Below are positions 35,615 to 47,181 of a stretch of DNA of 64,000 nt, one piece after another. A program made the translations under genes and the position numbers. This DNA comes from a virus (taxonomy: Duplodnaviria > Caudoviricetes). The DNA lies in IMG/VR virus record IMGVR_UViG_3300028591_000009, positions 1 to 64,000 of that record; one strand, given 5' to 3'. How positions within the stretch are numbered: position 1 is the first letter of the stretch; each line of letters starts with the position of its first letter. A model generated the notes under the pieces. The model was not told the origin of the DNA, did no database searches, and worked only from the letters and a program-made list of their open reading frames with translations.

Positions 35615-38600
35615 ATGGTATGTATTTATAATCCGTCTACGGAACAAATAAATGCATTAGATCGATATTCACGTATACTAGGCAGCGAAGAAGCTGCCTA
35701 CTACGTGTTATCGTAGAATAATGGATTTCCGCTAGACAAAACACCGAGCGATGAAGATTCTGACTTATATATAGATCTTGTCAATCATTATGGCAACGAA
35801 GAAGAAGCTATAAGAACAAAAGCAATGTTGTATACACAGCGATTCTTTGATGCAAATGGAGACTGGACTATGGGTTCGATGACTGATCCCTCGATGTATG
35901 ATGCAAAAGGAGAACCAAAGTCAAGTTTTGTACTTGGTTCAATGACTGGTGAAATGGAAAGTCTTATGAATCACCAGTTTTTGTTGGATACAGTTCATCC
36001 AACAATAGAATAGAGCGATCTTTCCAGAATTAGCCCTACAGATGATTTATCTGATTACGCTGTAGAATAGTTGATTAGGGAAAGCTACGATTAGTATACA
36101 GAACGACATAGAAACGAATATAAAAGAAACCATCCATCTGCCACAGATACCGAACTTGCCGAGTAGGAAGTTGTTGCTAGCAGATAGTGGTATAGTCGTA
36201 AGGTGTAGTCTATATTAACCGAACAAGTTAGATCTCTAGCTGAAGCTTTTGGATTGGTATATATACAAAAACCGAATGGTACTGTAGAATTACAAACAAG
36301 AGGAAGAAATGCTGTTACTGGTGTAAAAGAGCTAAGATTGAAGTTTTTAAATAATATAATAAACGATAGATTTGAAGACGAGTTAAGACAGTCTATATTA
36401 GGAAATGTAGTATTGTCTAAAGAGTTTACACTTAAAGTTCCAGGCGCAAAAGATTACATAAACGAAGCTGTTATACAACGTCGTAAAAGCGATAAGTTAA
36501 TAGCTGCTAGTACTCTTATAAACGTAAGCCTTACAGGTGGTACATCTACAACTGTAAATAAAGCATTAGCGTATCATTATATTACAATGTTTGTAGATAG
36601 CCCTCTAATTCAAGCTGGTTTGGAGGCCGTGAGAGATACTGACGACAGAAGCGAATTGTATCTTGTAAATAAGCTAGTTGATATAATAACAACTCCAGCC
36701 ATAGTTGGTGTAGAAAATTCTTCTTACGTTGGTAAAGCTTTTGAAAATGGAGTGTCTTATGAAACGTTTAAATCGTTTTGGGACGAATTCGACGATCTTA
36801 TTCATTAGGTTATAACAAACGGTGTAAAGTCTGAAGAAGCTAAAAAGAAGATATTATCTGTAGTTGCTGCAGCATTTATAACAAATGATCAATATAACTT
36901 GTGGAATCGCTCATTTGGTTATATGACAACAGGACCGATCGATTATTATGCGCAATGGTATTCTACAAAATATAAACCTTGGGGTGAATAGAATGAGGCT
37001 TAGTTATCAGAAATAGAAGCGTTCTTCAATTTATTGGAAACGTATTATCAAAATAAAATAAAAAGACAGGAACGAGATGCCAACGTATCTGCCGAACAAA
37101 CAACAAGAACCTCATTGGCTTTATAGTTCTTATAGTAGTCTGATAAAATGGATCCTACTTCGCAAGAAGAAGTTTTTAATAGTCTGTTTGAACTTGCATA
37201 TCAAGAAATTAGAGATGCCACGGAAGCTATTCAAAACCTCCATAATATAACTGGTATAAACGATAGATTTTCTAAGCTTGGTAGTATGTATAGCGATACA
37301 ATATCGTTTTATAATTATATACTAAATAATTAGCTAACTAAACATTTTGATCCAAGCAGTACAAAATTCCCAAGACAGATTGGTATGTATAATATGTTGT
37401 CTAATATGCTAAAAACATTAGATGGCATGTATAAAGAAAAACTGTATGATGTTTCATGTGAGTTTGTCGATAAATATATAGACAAACATATGGATATAAA
37501 TCAGGTAACTGCCGAAATGGTAAGGAACGCCAAAGAAAACGCACATAGAGAGCTTAGAAATAATGCTATATATGGAGATCTTAAGAATTACGAACTGTGG
37601 ATTACAATGAACTCTTTATCCAAAAGTTCGGTAGTAAGAATGATGCATGATTCTTTGCGCAGATTGAATTATAATCGAGATCAAGAAACATTATATGTGG
37701 CTCAATAGCTGCAAAAAGCTTTAAAAAAGGCATAGAAATCTTTGCTTAAAGGTGGAATTAAGTGGGCAGGATATAGGTTTGTACCAAAGAATTTCCAGAT
37801 GTTGTTTATGGAAAGATATGATGACGGTACACCTTCTGGAATGTTTACAAGAAAACGTCATTATGGTAATTTCTTTAAACGTAGAGCAGAGCTTGTAGTA
37901 CAGTTAGTAAGAGACATCGAGAAAGATATACAAAATAAAACTGGAAACATATATTTCAAGATGGAGCTTGATGACTACGGCAACCCTATATTTCCTGACG
38001 GAGAAGAGTGGGATGAATATTGGAGAAAATATTCACACGCTGTCAATGATTTTGAATGCAAAAATGGACATAAACGCTTCTTGCAAGAATATTACGACCT
38101 AAGAATAGATACTTTATCTAGAAAAGCAATTGCTCTCGAAGATAATATATAGAATTCTATAGATATAATCGAAAGTAGTGTGACAGAAGATGAGGTTTAT
38201 CGTCCAGACAGACTAACCAGAGAAGAGCGTGCTTAGTTATAGGATTTATATAGACAGCAAGATAATCTTGGAAATGAATATACTTTACTTGGAGAAAAGA
38301 AAAATGGAGAAGACCTTAAAATAGCTTAGGAAATAAAAGAGTTTAGAAGGCTTATTAAAGATCGCGTTGTTTATGAAACAGACGAAGATAAATATGAAGC
38401 CGCCAAAGCTAAAGTAGATCCGTCTGAGTTATCAGAATTTGAAAAATGGTCTACAAGTCTAGAAATAAATCCAAAATTTTGGGAAATTTATAAAATTCTC
38501 CAAAAAGAATACAGAGATCAATTTCCAGCTTATTTGAATCCTAATTTTGAACAAATAGAACGTCTTGGTAAAGAACGAAATGATATCGTAGATATAGTAA

Positions 38601-41600
38601 AACACAGACGCGGTTTTGCAATGCCAAATTTAAGAGATTTATCAGAAAGCTCTTGGAGAAGAGTAAAAGAGATAGATGAAGAAATGGATATTGCATACGA
38701 ACCGATTGTTGCGTATATGAAGTCAATGCCAAAAGGGTCTTTAATTCCTTCAGCATTCAAACGTATAGCAAGGTTAGATGATGTTATGGACAATAAAGAA
38801 CCAGACACAACAGCGTTTGACGCGTTAATGGATGAAGCAAGACAACTAGACGATGAAGAATCTTTAGCTTTAGGTGTTCGTGTAAACACACACGAAATGG
38901 AAGCTTTGGATAAATATACAAGAACCGTTGTTACTGATGGAGGAATAAAAACAGTTCCGTTAAGTATATTTTCATATATGAAACCTTCCGTTTTCCCAGA
39001 CGACGTAAAAGCCAGATTTGGAATAGGAGACGATTTTAAATATACGTTAATGCTTCCAAATAGAAAGTATAATAAGATGGTTGAACCAAGTTCTTCTAGA
39101 TATGCAGAACCATCTCTTGTTGATCCTGAATTTGATCCAAACGAAGATTCATATGTACAACCAACAGAGTTAAATCCAATATACGAAGTACTTGAAAAAG
39201 AGGCACCAAAAGAAGTATTTGAACTATATAAGTTATGCATGCAAATAAAACAAGAAGCTGACACATATATACCAATAAGTACAAAGCTTAAATATTTCTT
39301 ACCTCAAATGAGAGCATCTGATATGGCTGTAATAAGTAGAATGTTATCAAGAGGTTTATTGTCAACAACATAGGAAGTGTTTACAAATAAATTTATCGCC
39401 AACGAAACCGATGAAGAAATCATAGATGATTTTACTACACTTCCAGACGGAACTAGAGTAAACAGTGTTCCTTTAAAATTTGTTGATAAACTCAGAGATC
39501 CTTCACTATTATCTTCAGATGTTGTAGGTTCGCTAGTGCTTTATCAACACATGGCATCTAACTATTATTATAAACAATAGGTTGAGCAGTTATATCAAGC
39601 GTTATTATAGCAACTCGGTTAGGATTCTGATATTGTTACAGACGACGGAACCAGACATCTTGTACTTGGTAAAACAACAAACCAATATGCAAAATATAAA
39701 AACGTAATGGATAATTTGTTGTATGACCAAAAACAATTATGGGGAGAACGTGGAAGTTAGAAAATAACTGGTGTACAAAAAACTTTAATAAAAACCGCAA
39801 AATTTATTGCAAAACTTGGTACTATAACTGCATTGGGAAGAAATATTCTATCCTAGACTACCGGTTTCTTTGATGCTGCCGGAAAATTACATTCGTTTGC
39901 TTTTGCAGGAGACGCGTTTAATGTTAAGAATATAACAAGAGCTATTGCAATTTTTGATAAATATTTAATATCTGGAAGACTGTTTTTGGCTACTGGATAG
40001 ATATTACCAAACAATATAATAGCTGCGATAATGCAGAAGAATAATTTGAGCACTGGAATTCAATATAAATATCAGGGTGGATATAAAAATCGCTTTAGAA
40101 GATTTGTTGGAATGGAGCGCTCTGGTATGGGTGGATTTAGAGTTAGTGATTACGCTATAAATGCAGTTACAGCATTGTCTATATACGACAATTACAGACT
40201 ATTAGACGATTAGTTTTTACCAGAACGATCATTTAAAAATAAGCTGTATAAACTAGGATATTCCTCAAAAGAAATAGATAGAATGTACGATGACGCGTTA
40301 CCGTTATTGGACGCATATAATTATAAAGATAGTGTATTCTTCTTTGGAGATCCTGAGTTTGAACTTAAACAAGAGTATAAAGATATGCTCGGTGAAGCTG
40401 GTGTTACAAAACTAGAACAAGATATAGCAATAGCTGTATAGACTTGGACTCCAAAATTTAACGGAGCTGTTGCCGATGAAGATAAAGCTGTAATACAACA
40501 AAACATACTTGCTGGTTTTACAGTTGCTCTTCGTTCGTATCTCATTAATGAATTACAAACGCGTTTTGTAAACGGTGCAGATTTTTAGGATCCAAATATA
40601 TCTGAACACAAGCTTGAAATATTATAGGCTAGAAGAAAGGCTCTTGTTAAAGTATACAAACAGTCTTTAACTGATAATAAAAAGAAAACTAAACTACAAA
40701 AGCTTTTTGATAGACGTTCTGAAATAGAAGCAGAATTAATAAGTCTTAAGAGTTCTGGTGATATTAACAGTATAAATTGGGGTAATATAAAAGATTTAAT
40801 CGGATTATCTTCTATTGAGGTTGGGCTAGGATATGTTATAGGAAGTATAGCAGGCCCTGTTGGAGCATATGTTGGAGCTGGTCTTGGATTAGCTCAAGCG
40901 GCTGCAAACTTTTATACAAACCGTAAATAGTCTTCTGGAAGTAATGTTGGTATATTTATGTCTAAAGTTCGTAAATTAGAAGTCGAACTTAAAAGTATAA
41001 ATGCCTAGATTAGAGCGTATGAAGCTAGCGATAGCCGAGATTTGATTCTTATGGAAATACAATAGATAAACGAGCAAATTGTAAACATAAAAAATAAAAT
41101 CAATGAAAATCAAGGCTATTACGACTATGCGAGAAATATGTATACAAACGGATCTAATAGACTTGCCGGAAGATTAATTATGAATCTTGCTAGAAAAGCA
41201 CAGTTTTATATAAACACAATGCTTCCAGAAAGATTTAAGAGTTTATCTCCGAAATATAATCCAAAAATAACTCCAAATCAAATAAAAGGACTTAAACGTA
41301 TTGTTTATGATCTTGTACGTTTGATGTAGTGGTGGCTTATAACAACATTCTGTTTGTCATGGTATCGTTACGATGACGGTAGAGCTTTCTTAGGTGGAAA
41401 GTTCAACGAATAGACAACTTCTGTAATGCATAAAATGGATAGTGGTATAAAATCTGCCATAGACCCTGTAATGACATCTGATACATGGATTAAATTCTGG
41501 GAAGGTGTACACGATTCTTCGACAGATGGAGTTATTAGTCATATACCATTCTTTGATAAAGTTGCAGAAAACAAGTCTGACGCAATGCTTGGTTATACTA

Positions 41601-42106
41601 AAAAAGTTAGTAGAACTACAAAAGCAGTTACACGTAAAAAAATGGATGCTGTTCAAAAACAATTAGATTTTATAAAAATAGCAGCCGCTGCTTAGTCTCT
41701 CAAAAACTTTACAGAAGGTATAGCACCATACGACTACCAGACAATCAACGACCTTACAAACTCAGTTTCTGCAACAATAAATGTAATGACAAAATCTGTA
41801 GAGGCTGGACAAAATATGATTGTTGAAGGCCAACAAGGTAAACTAGAAGATCCTATGCAAGGTGGACCTTATACGGGATATTTTACCAGATCGGAATATG
41901 GTGCTGCACATTCTTGGTATAGGCCTTTTGGTTATCCTGCTTCTTATGAACAATCTACAGAAATAGGTTTGGTTAACCGCGTTAATTATCTAGGAAATAC
42001 TGGTCTTAATAGATTTGTAATACCCAAGAAAGAATCTGTTTAGAAGAAAGGAAATAAAAAGAAGAGCGGTAGAAAATCAAATCGTGGTGGACGTAAGTTA
42101 CGTTAA
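35615..42106 (+). CDS. Large virion cargo protein of the RNAP block, ~2163 aa with TAG=Gln
   Basis: Single frame joining track fragments 35825-42043; gaps read contain only TAG; ends in a basic tail KKSGRKSNRGGRKLR-TAA. Confidence 0.8.
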
Positions 42107-42163
42107 CTTTTAAAATCAAACGAAAAGTTTCTTTTATAATATTCTGTAATATGCAGTCTTAAT

Positions 42164-42207
42164 AAAAAAAGCCTGGCTATCATTTTTCGATAGCTAGGCT
42201 TTCTTTG
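42164..42207. terminator. Bidirectional terminator at the convergence of the two genome halves
   Basis: A7-GCCTGGCTATC-loop-GATAGCTAGGC-TTTCTTT; the stem contains the TGA of the - strand gene. Confidence 0.85.
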
Positions 42208-42680
42208 TATCCTGATTCCGTTGTTAAGTCTGGATAAGAATAATCCTCCTCTGGTACAGACGCTGTATCTATACCAAGAAGAGGATTTTCACCAAGTAAT
42301 ATACGATTTACATCAGATTCTTCTAAATTCCAAAACTTTAATGTTTTTTCAACGTCGGCTCTATCAAAACTTGGAATTCCTTTTAGCAAACTTTTCATTT
42401 TACTTCCAATCAAAGATATAGTATACAATGTATAATAATGTCCTTGAATTTTAACAGTTTTCCAAGAGTATAAAGACTTCATTTGCTGTATTTTAGACAT
42501 AACAACTGCACCTTCATATGTACGGTCTTCTGCTCTATACAACAAAAATAAATGATTTAACAAGTCTGGATGATTTATATTGTTTATATAACCATTAACA
42601 AATCCAGCCTGACTAGTAAAATCATCTTTTGAAAAATTTTCATCTATTAATGGAATTATTAGTTTTACTTGTGTACTCAT
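42180..42680 (-). CDS. Hypothetical protein, 166 aa
   Basis: ORF coupled by ATGA overlap to the upstream gene. Confidence 0.75.
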   Translation of the reverse strand: MSTQVKLIIPLIDENFSKDDFTSQAGFVNGYINNINHPDLLNHLFLLYRAEDRTYEGAVVMSKIQQMKSLYSWKTVKIQGHYYTLYTISLIGSKMKSLLKGIPSFDRADVEKTLKFWNLEESDVNRILLGENPLLGIDTASVPEEDYSYPDLTTESGYKESLAIEK

Positions 42681-43693
42681 AGGTTCAATGACTCTGAGCC
42701 ATCGCCTTCATAATATTCTCTACTATGTTCCCACTTATTGTTAGTCTGATGCCAATATATATCTTGCATAGCTTTCAATATAGTATCTTTTCTAGAATAT
42801 ACATCAAACTGATCAATCTTAAATACACGAATATCACCACTTCCTGTAGTATCTATACCGATAATATAGAACTCAAAAGACCATTTATTCCAGTCTTCTT
42901 TGAGCTCATATCGCAAATACCATACGACAGCTTGATAATAATAACAAAGCTGTCTGAGATAGTCATATTGATTCATACTATCCTCAAAGTGCCATAACTT
43001 TTGTGTAGTCTTTAAGTCATATATGATAGCTTTCTTATTCTTAAAATCAAGAGTAAGACCATCTAACAATGACTTACACGCAACACCAGCTGCCATTTTT
43101 ACATAGTATGTCCAGTTTATATGAAATTCGTGATGATTCTCAAACACTACATCATCTTTATAATCACGAAGTGTTCTCGAAGCTTCTATTATAGAGTAAG
43201 CAAGTTTATGGGATTGTACATTCTGCTTAATTCTCTCAAGCATTCTGTACTCTGAAGGAGTTATCATAATACGACCATCGTTTTCTTTCAGGAAGTCTAT
43301 ATAATCCTTCAGCGTAGAGGCTATTTTCAGGCCTTCTGACAGCATTTTGTCTTCTGACTTTCCTGCTGTACTATATGCTTCTTTATAAGCGCTTAGAATG
43401 GCTCTATTCGGCTCTATTTCTAAAGAAGATGCTAAAGCCTGACAGAACTTCTCTTGCTGTGCAGAGAAAGGTCTACTTTTGTTCCAGACTACATAGTCCT
43501 TTTGAAACTCTTCAGGCTGTAACAGATACTCGTGAATCATAGTTCCACGCTCCAACACAGGGTTCTTTTCCTCTGGTGGAGGGTCTGTAAGCATCTTATG
43601 CAAAAAGGCTGGTCCCTTGTTTAGGAACCAGCCTATGTTCGAATTGGATATTCTAGTTAAATCCTCATAATAAGGAACTGATATGTCCATCAT
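42677..43693 (-). CDS. PD-(D/E)xK exonuclease (RecE/DUF3799-like), 338 aa
   Basis: ISNS..., GTMIHEYLL, CKSLLD...IYDLKTT, YLRQLCYY motifs. Confidence 0.8.
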   Translation of the reverse strand: MMDISVPYYEDLTRISNSNIGWFLNKGPAFLHKMLTDPPPEEKNPVLERGTMIHEYLLQPEEFQKDYVVWNKSRPFSAQQEKFCQALASSLEIEPNRAILSAYKEAYSTAGKSEDKMLSEGLKIASTLKDYIDFLKENDGRIMITPSEYRMLERIKQNVQSHKLAYSIIEASRTLRDYKDDVVFENHHEFHINWTYYVKMAAGVACKSLLDGLTLDFKNKKAIIYDLKTTQKLWHFEDSMNQYDYLRQLCYYYQAVVWYLRYELKEDWNKWSFEFYIIGIDTTGSGDIRVFKIDQFDVYSRKDTILKAMQDIYWHQTNNKWEHSREYYEGDGSESLNL

Positions 43694-44472
43694 CGTTTAG
43701 ATATGTTAAGGAATTCAATAATATCATCAAAGGAATCATCAGGATTATTCTTTATCTCTTCTCCAAATATAATAACATTATCATAAGATATAGTATCAAC
43801 ATTGCTGCAAATATATTCTGCTGCTGCATCTGCTTTATCTTTATCCCCAATAATATCATTAATGATTCCTTTAACACTATCCTTTGTAAGACCTCCAAAA
43901 CACTTCTTATAACGTATACGAGAACACCTATCGTTCAAATACGTATTGATTTCCTTCTCATCATTACATGTTGCAATAACCATCTTTTTACAAGTAGGTT
44001 TTACACCATCTAAAAATCCAAGGAGATAACGAGTATTCCAATACTTATCGATTTCGTCAAAGATAATACATACATCGGTTGTAAATTTCGCAAAAAACGG
44101 CTCAATGTCATCAGACGACATTTTACTGTCTACTACTATGATAGGCAGGCCAGACTCTTTAGCTATTTTCTTAGCCATAAGTGTCTTACCACATCCTTTC
44201 ATACCACTAAGAAGTATGCCTGTTGTCATCTTCTCAGTTTTATTAAACGTATCGATAGCTTTGTTTATAAATTTAATATCTTTATCGTTCAAATAGTACT
44301 TCTTTGGAAATTCGAAATCTTTGTCTTCGACTAAATAATCCACATACAAATCACGATCGTGAATTAAAGTATATACCTTACCTGGTATAAGATCATAGTC
44401 TACACCGAAAGGTTTTGGGATTATATGGCCGTTATCATTGACAAAAGAATTGTTTTTATTTTGTTTTTCCAT
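43690..44472 (-). CDS. AAA+ ATPase, 260 aa
   Basis: Walker A GMKGCGKT, Walker B IIFDEIDK, sensor TCN, R-finger DRCSRIRY. Confidence 0.85.
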   Translation of the reverse strand: MEKQNKNNSFVNDNGHIIPKPFGVDYDLIPGKVYTLIHDRDLYVDYLVEDKDFEFPKKYYLNDKDIKFINKAIDTFNKTEKMTTGILLSGMKGCGKTLMAKKIAKESGLPIIVVDSKMSSDDIEPFFAKFTTDVCIIFDEIDKYWNTRYLLGFLDGVKPTCKKMVIATCNDEKEINTYLNDRCSRIRYKKCFGGLTKDSVKGIINDIIGDKDKADAAAEYICSNVDTISYDNVIIFGEEIKNNPDDSFDDIIEFLNISKR

Positions 44473-44854
44473 TTTTACTGACTTTAAGTTCTTGAATCAT
44501 GGCGTCTACATCTTTATGATTTCTCACAAGATATAGCTTAGTTTTCGCGTGATGCTTATACAAGTAATACTTGAAAAGCTTCCAACGCAAAGGAAATGAA
44601 TCTCCCATAAGACCTTTACATTCTACTATAAAACCTCGTCCTACGAAGTCTGGTAGATATGTAATAGGTCTTATTTTTTGACCCATCCACTCGAACTTTG
44701 GTAGCAGAGTAAAATGCTTTGGCTCATATTTTACAGGTATCCCTGCTTCCATAAAAGCTTCATACGTATAGAGTTCGAGCTTACTACGAAAATGTAGTCC
44801 ATACGCATCGACCGCTGTCGCATTTTTAACCCTACCTTTAGACTTCGACATCAT
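44456..44854 (-). CDS. DUF1064 / T7 endonuclease I-like nuclease, 132 aa
   Basis: FRSKLE...YEP...YLPDF...VECKG motif series. Confidence 0.8.
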   Translation of the reverse strand: MMSKSKGRVKNATAVDAYGLHFRSKLELYTYEAFMEAGIPVKYEPKHFTLLPKFEWMGQKIRPITYLPDFVGRGFIVECKGLMGDSFPLRWKLFKYYLYKHHAKTKLYLVRNHKDVDAMIQELKVSKNGKTK

Positions 44855-45098
44855 AACAGATGTCCTTCACACCTCTATCGTCTAATCGAACTGCTGTAAT
44901 GATTTTACCATTCTTTCTTATAGCAACATAGGTATACTTGTCATTATCAAACTTTCTATCTATGGCTATCAGTTCGTATCCATCCGATAAACTCTTAATC
45001 ACATAAGGCTGTGTAGCATTCTTATATGAAATGTATAGTGATACGATTGTGGTGATAAACGCACCCAAAAACGTACCAAGGATCAATGTCTCAACCAT
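44838..45098 (-). CDS. Small membrane protein, 86 aa
   Basis: N-terminal hydrophobic helix; overlaps both neighbours. Confidence 0.7.
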   Translation of the reverse strand: MVETLILGTFLGAFITTIVSLYISYKNATQPYVIKSLSDGYELIAIDRKFDNDKYTYVAIRKNGKIITAVRLDDRGVKDICYDVEV

Positions 45099-46062
45099 AC
45101 TGTATTGTTTTTTGTAACCAATTCTTTACTTCTGTAAAGTCGTTTGACTTCACCGCGTCCGAAATATCTTTTGAGTTAAACTTCTTATGGACAAATATAG
45201 CATCTATTTTATATTTCTTACTATATTCTCTAGCTTTCCTCATACCAGTTGCATCTCTGTCAAATAGTATGACAATACGCTTCCATTTATATCGTAAAGA
45301 CTTCAATATATCATCAGGTATAAATGTAGTCTCACTCGAAGGTGATATAGCACTAAAACCCATCTCATACAAACACATAACATCTTTTAAAGACTTAGTG
45401 ATTATAAGGATATCCCCTCCCTCATAGGGCAGTTCAGCCAATCCCTGTACGTGCCGATTTGTCAGATTGGTACGCCATTTAGTATACTTTGAGGCTAAAG
45501 GTCTATAAATTTTAAATTTATCATAAACCTTATATGCATACATAGGACTGGTATCTTTGTAGGTTCCTCTGACGACTCTATTACAAAGATAGTATTTAAT
45601 GCTAAATACATTGAATTTCTTCAACGTATCCAGAGATATATGGAATTGCTTCCAGTATTTTTTATCAACTTCTGTAAATGGTTGACGAACTATTCCGATG
45701 TCAGATTCTCCAGAAGGAGTATATGACCGTGTCACAGTTGCCACACTGCTGGTTGGATTGGATCGCTTAACGATTCTCAGCAGTTCTTTCTCTAGTTCCT
45801 CACGTGTTTGAATATTCTTATAGAGTTTCATGAACTTCAGAGCATTTCCAGACACTCCTGTTCCATGATCTTTAAACAATAAAGCACCATCCTTAGTTGC
45901 GAATATAGCGAACGATGGCATCTTATCGTCTCCTCTTAAAGGACTATTCATAAGTTTCCCTGGCTTAAAAGCACCAAGATAATAAGAATAGATAGTATAG
46001 TCATCCACTTTATTCAACAAGTCTCTAAGACTCATTGTAATCGCTGTTTTTGTACTATACAT
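45091..46062 (-). CDS. DnaG-like primase, 323 aa
   Basis: SPLRGDDKMPSF (degenerate Zn-binding region), TOPRIM ITKSLKDV, FDRDATG, KDISD. Confidence 0.85.
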   Translation of the reverse strand: MYSTKTAITMSLRDLLNKVDDYTIYSYYLGAFKPGKLMNSPLRGDDKMPSFAIFATKDGALLFKDHGTGVSGNALKFMKLYKNIQTREELEKELLRIVKRSNPTSSVATVTRSYTPSGESDIGIVRQPFTEVDKKYWKQFHISLDTLKKFNVFSIKYYLCNRVVRGTYKDTSPMYAYKVYDKFKIYRPLASKYTKWRTNLTNRHVQGLAELPYEGGDILIITKSLKDVMCLYEMGFSAISPSSETTFIPDDILKSLRYKWKRIVILFDRDATGMRKAREYSKKYKIDAIFVHKKFNSKDISDAVKSNDFTEVKNWLQKTIQYG

Positions 46063-46083
46063 GGCTTATAAGCTCTTAGTATG

Positions 46084-46166
46084 TGGGAAATGAGGGATTC
46101 GAACCCTCACGGTCAACTGACCAAGGGATTTTAAGTCCCTCGCGGCTACCTTTACGCCAAAATCCC
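46084..46166 (-). tRNA. tRNA-Leu(TAA)
   Basis: Cloverleaf with AGGGA-CTTAAAA-TCCCT anticodon arm, long variable arm, GAGGG-TTCGAAT-CCCTC T arm; two U-U mismatches in the acceptor stem. Confidence 0.85.
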
Positions 46167-46170
46167 GACC

Positions 46171-46470
46171 TTATACAACTCTAAACTCATTCTTGAGTTT
46201 ATTTTTAAGTTGCCATTTGTACATTTTTTCAATTTCTTTCAATTGTGAATCATCTTCACAATAATCTACCCAAGGTGTCCATACGACACCTTCATGGGTC
46301 CAATATTGATATCGTTTTTGTATCATAACTGAAGGGGCTGACAGATTTATTCCATCAGTCTTCCACCACTGACCGTTTATTCTAACATAATCGCCAGCAA
46401 TACACTTTCGTGGGCTGTCAACGTGCGAATATACGCGTATTAAATTAGAAAGGTTGGTCGTCAGCACCAC
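46171..46470 (-). CDS. Hypothetical Trp-rich protein, ~99 aa
   Basis: GTG-start ORF in operon orientation. Confidence 0.55.
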   Translation of the reverse strand: MVLTTNLSNLIRVYSHVDSPRKCIAGDYVRINGQWWKTDGINLSAPSVMIQKRYQYWTHEGVVWTPWVDYCEDDSQLKEIEKMYKWQLKNKLKNEFRVV

Positions 46471-46476
46471 TGACTG

Positions 46477-46596
46477 TCATAACCAGTAGAACGGGTCGTT
46501 TTTTCGTCTCCATTCCCTTAGTTTCAGCCAATCATCATAATGCATATAGTATGTAATACCATTTACATTAATCTCAAAAAGGCAGGTCGTCAGCAC
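46477..46596 (-). CDS. Small ORF, 39 aa (MLTTCLFEINVNGITYYMHYDDWLKLREWRRKNDPFYWL)
   Basis: GTG start overlapping the SSB end; fills the gap between two direct repeats. Confidence 0.45.
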   Translation of the reverse strand: MLTTCLFEINVNGITYYMHYDDWLKLREWRRKNDPFYWL

Positions 46597-47164
46597 CTGT
46601 AGTCTCAGTAACCGGAGCAGTTGTTACACTGAGCGGATCTGCAGCAGGTTCTCTATCTGCTACAATGGGACGCTCCAAAAGATCGTTCTTCCAAAGCTTA
46701 ATCTGAGACTCTGTTACACTCATAGGTTCAATGAAAATACCATTCTTGGATACCTGTGTATAACCGTTCTTATCATAAGTTACCTTAAGACGAGCGGTAC
46801 CACTTTCTCCATCGTTAAGACACATCTTAGCCCAAGTAATCATCTCGATAAATGAAGAACCTTCAAAATCGTTATGACCACCTTTAATTGCATCTATTAC
46901 CTGCAGAATACGACCGAACTGCTGATTATCACGACGCTGAAGATCTTCATCCGTCTTAATCCACATATTCTTCTCATTCTTCCACTCAGTCATAGTAGCG
47001 GTCTGACCATTTTCATTCTCAAAGATAATCTCCAAGAAATCACGACCGTTAGGTGTCTTATTAACGTTTACCTCTTTTAAGGTAATATTCTCATTAATGC
47101 CCACAGGCATATATGAAGAGTTAAACTCCTCATTATTTGTTGTTGCTGTTTTTGTACTATACAT
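46574..47164 (-). CDS. Single-stranded DNA-binding protein, 196 aa
   Basis: Acidic C-terminal tail GADDLPF; lies next to an AAA_24 ATPase and primase. Confidence 0.75.
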   Translation of the reverse strand: MYSTKTATTNNEEFNSSYMPVGINENITLKEVNVNKTPNGRDFLEIIFENENGQTATMTEWKNEKNMWIKTDEDLQRRDNQQFGRILQVIDAIKGGHNDFEGSSFIEMITWAKMCLNDGESGTARLKVTYDKNGYTQVSKNGIFIEPMSVTESQIKLWKNDLLERPIVADREPAADPLSVTTAPVTETTGADDLPF

Positions 47165-47181
47165 AATTTTTAAACTCTGAG

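Noticed and set aside
3036-42106. Pseudogenised or frameshifted structural region
   Set aside because: Breaks are in-frame TAG with no frameshifts; recoding explains them
45091-46062. Inactive primase, because TOPRIM lacks the usual Glu and the Zn ligands are degenerate
   Set aside because: To my knowledge this variant is common in crAss-like primases, and the DxD motif is intact
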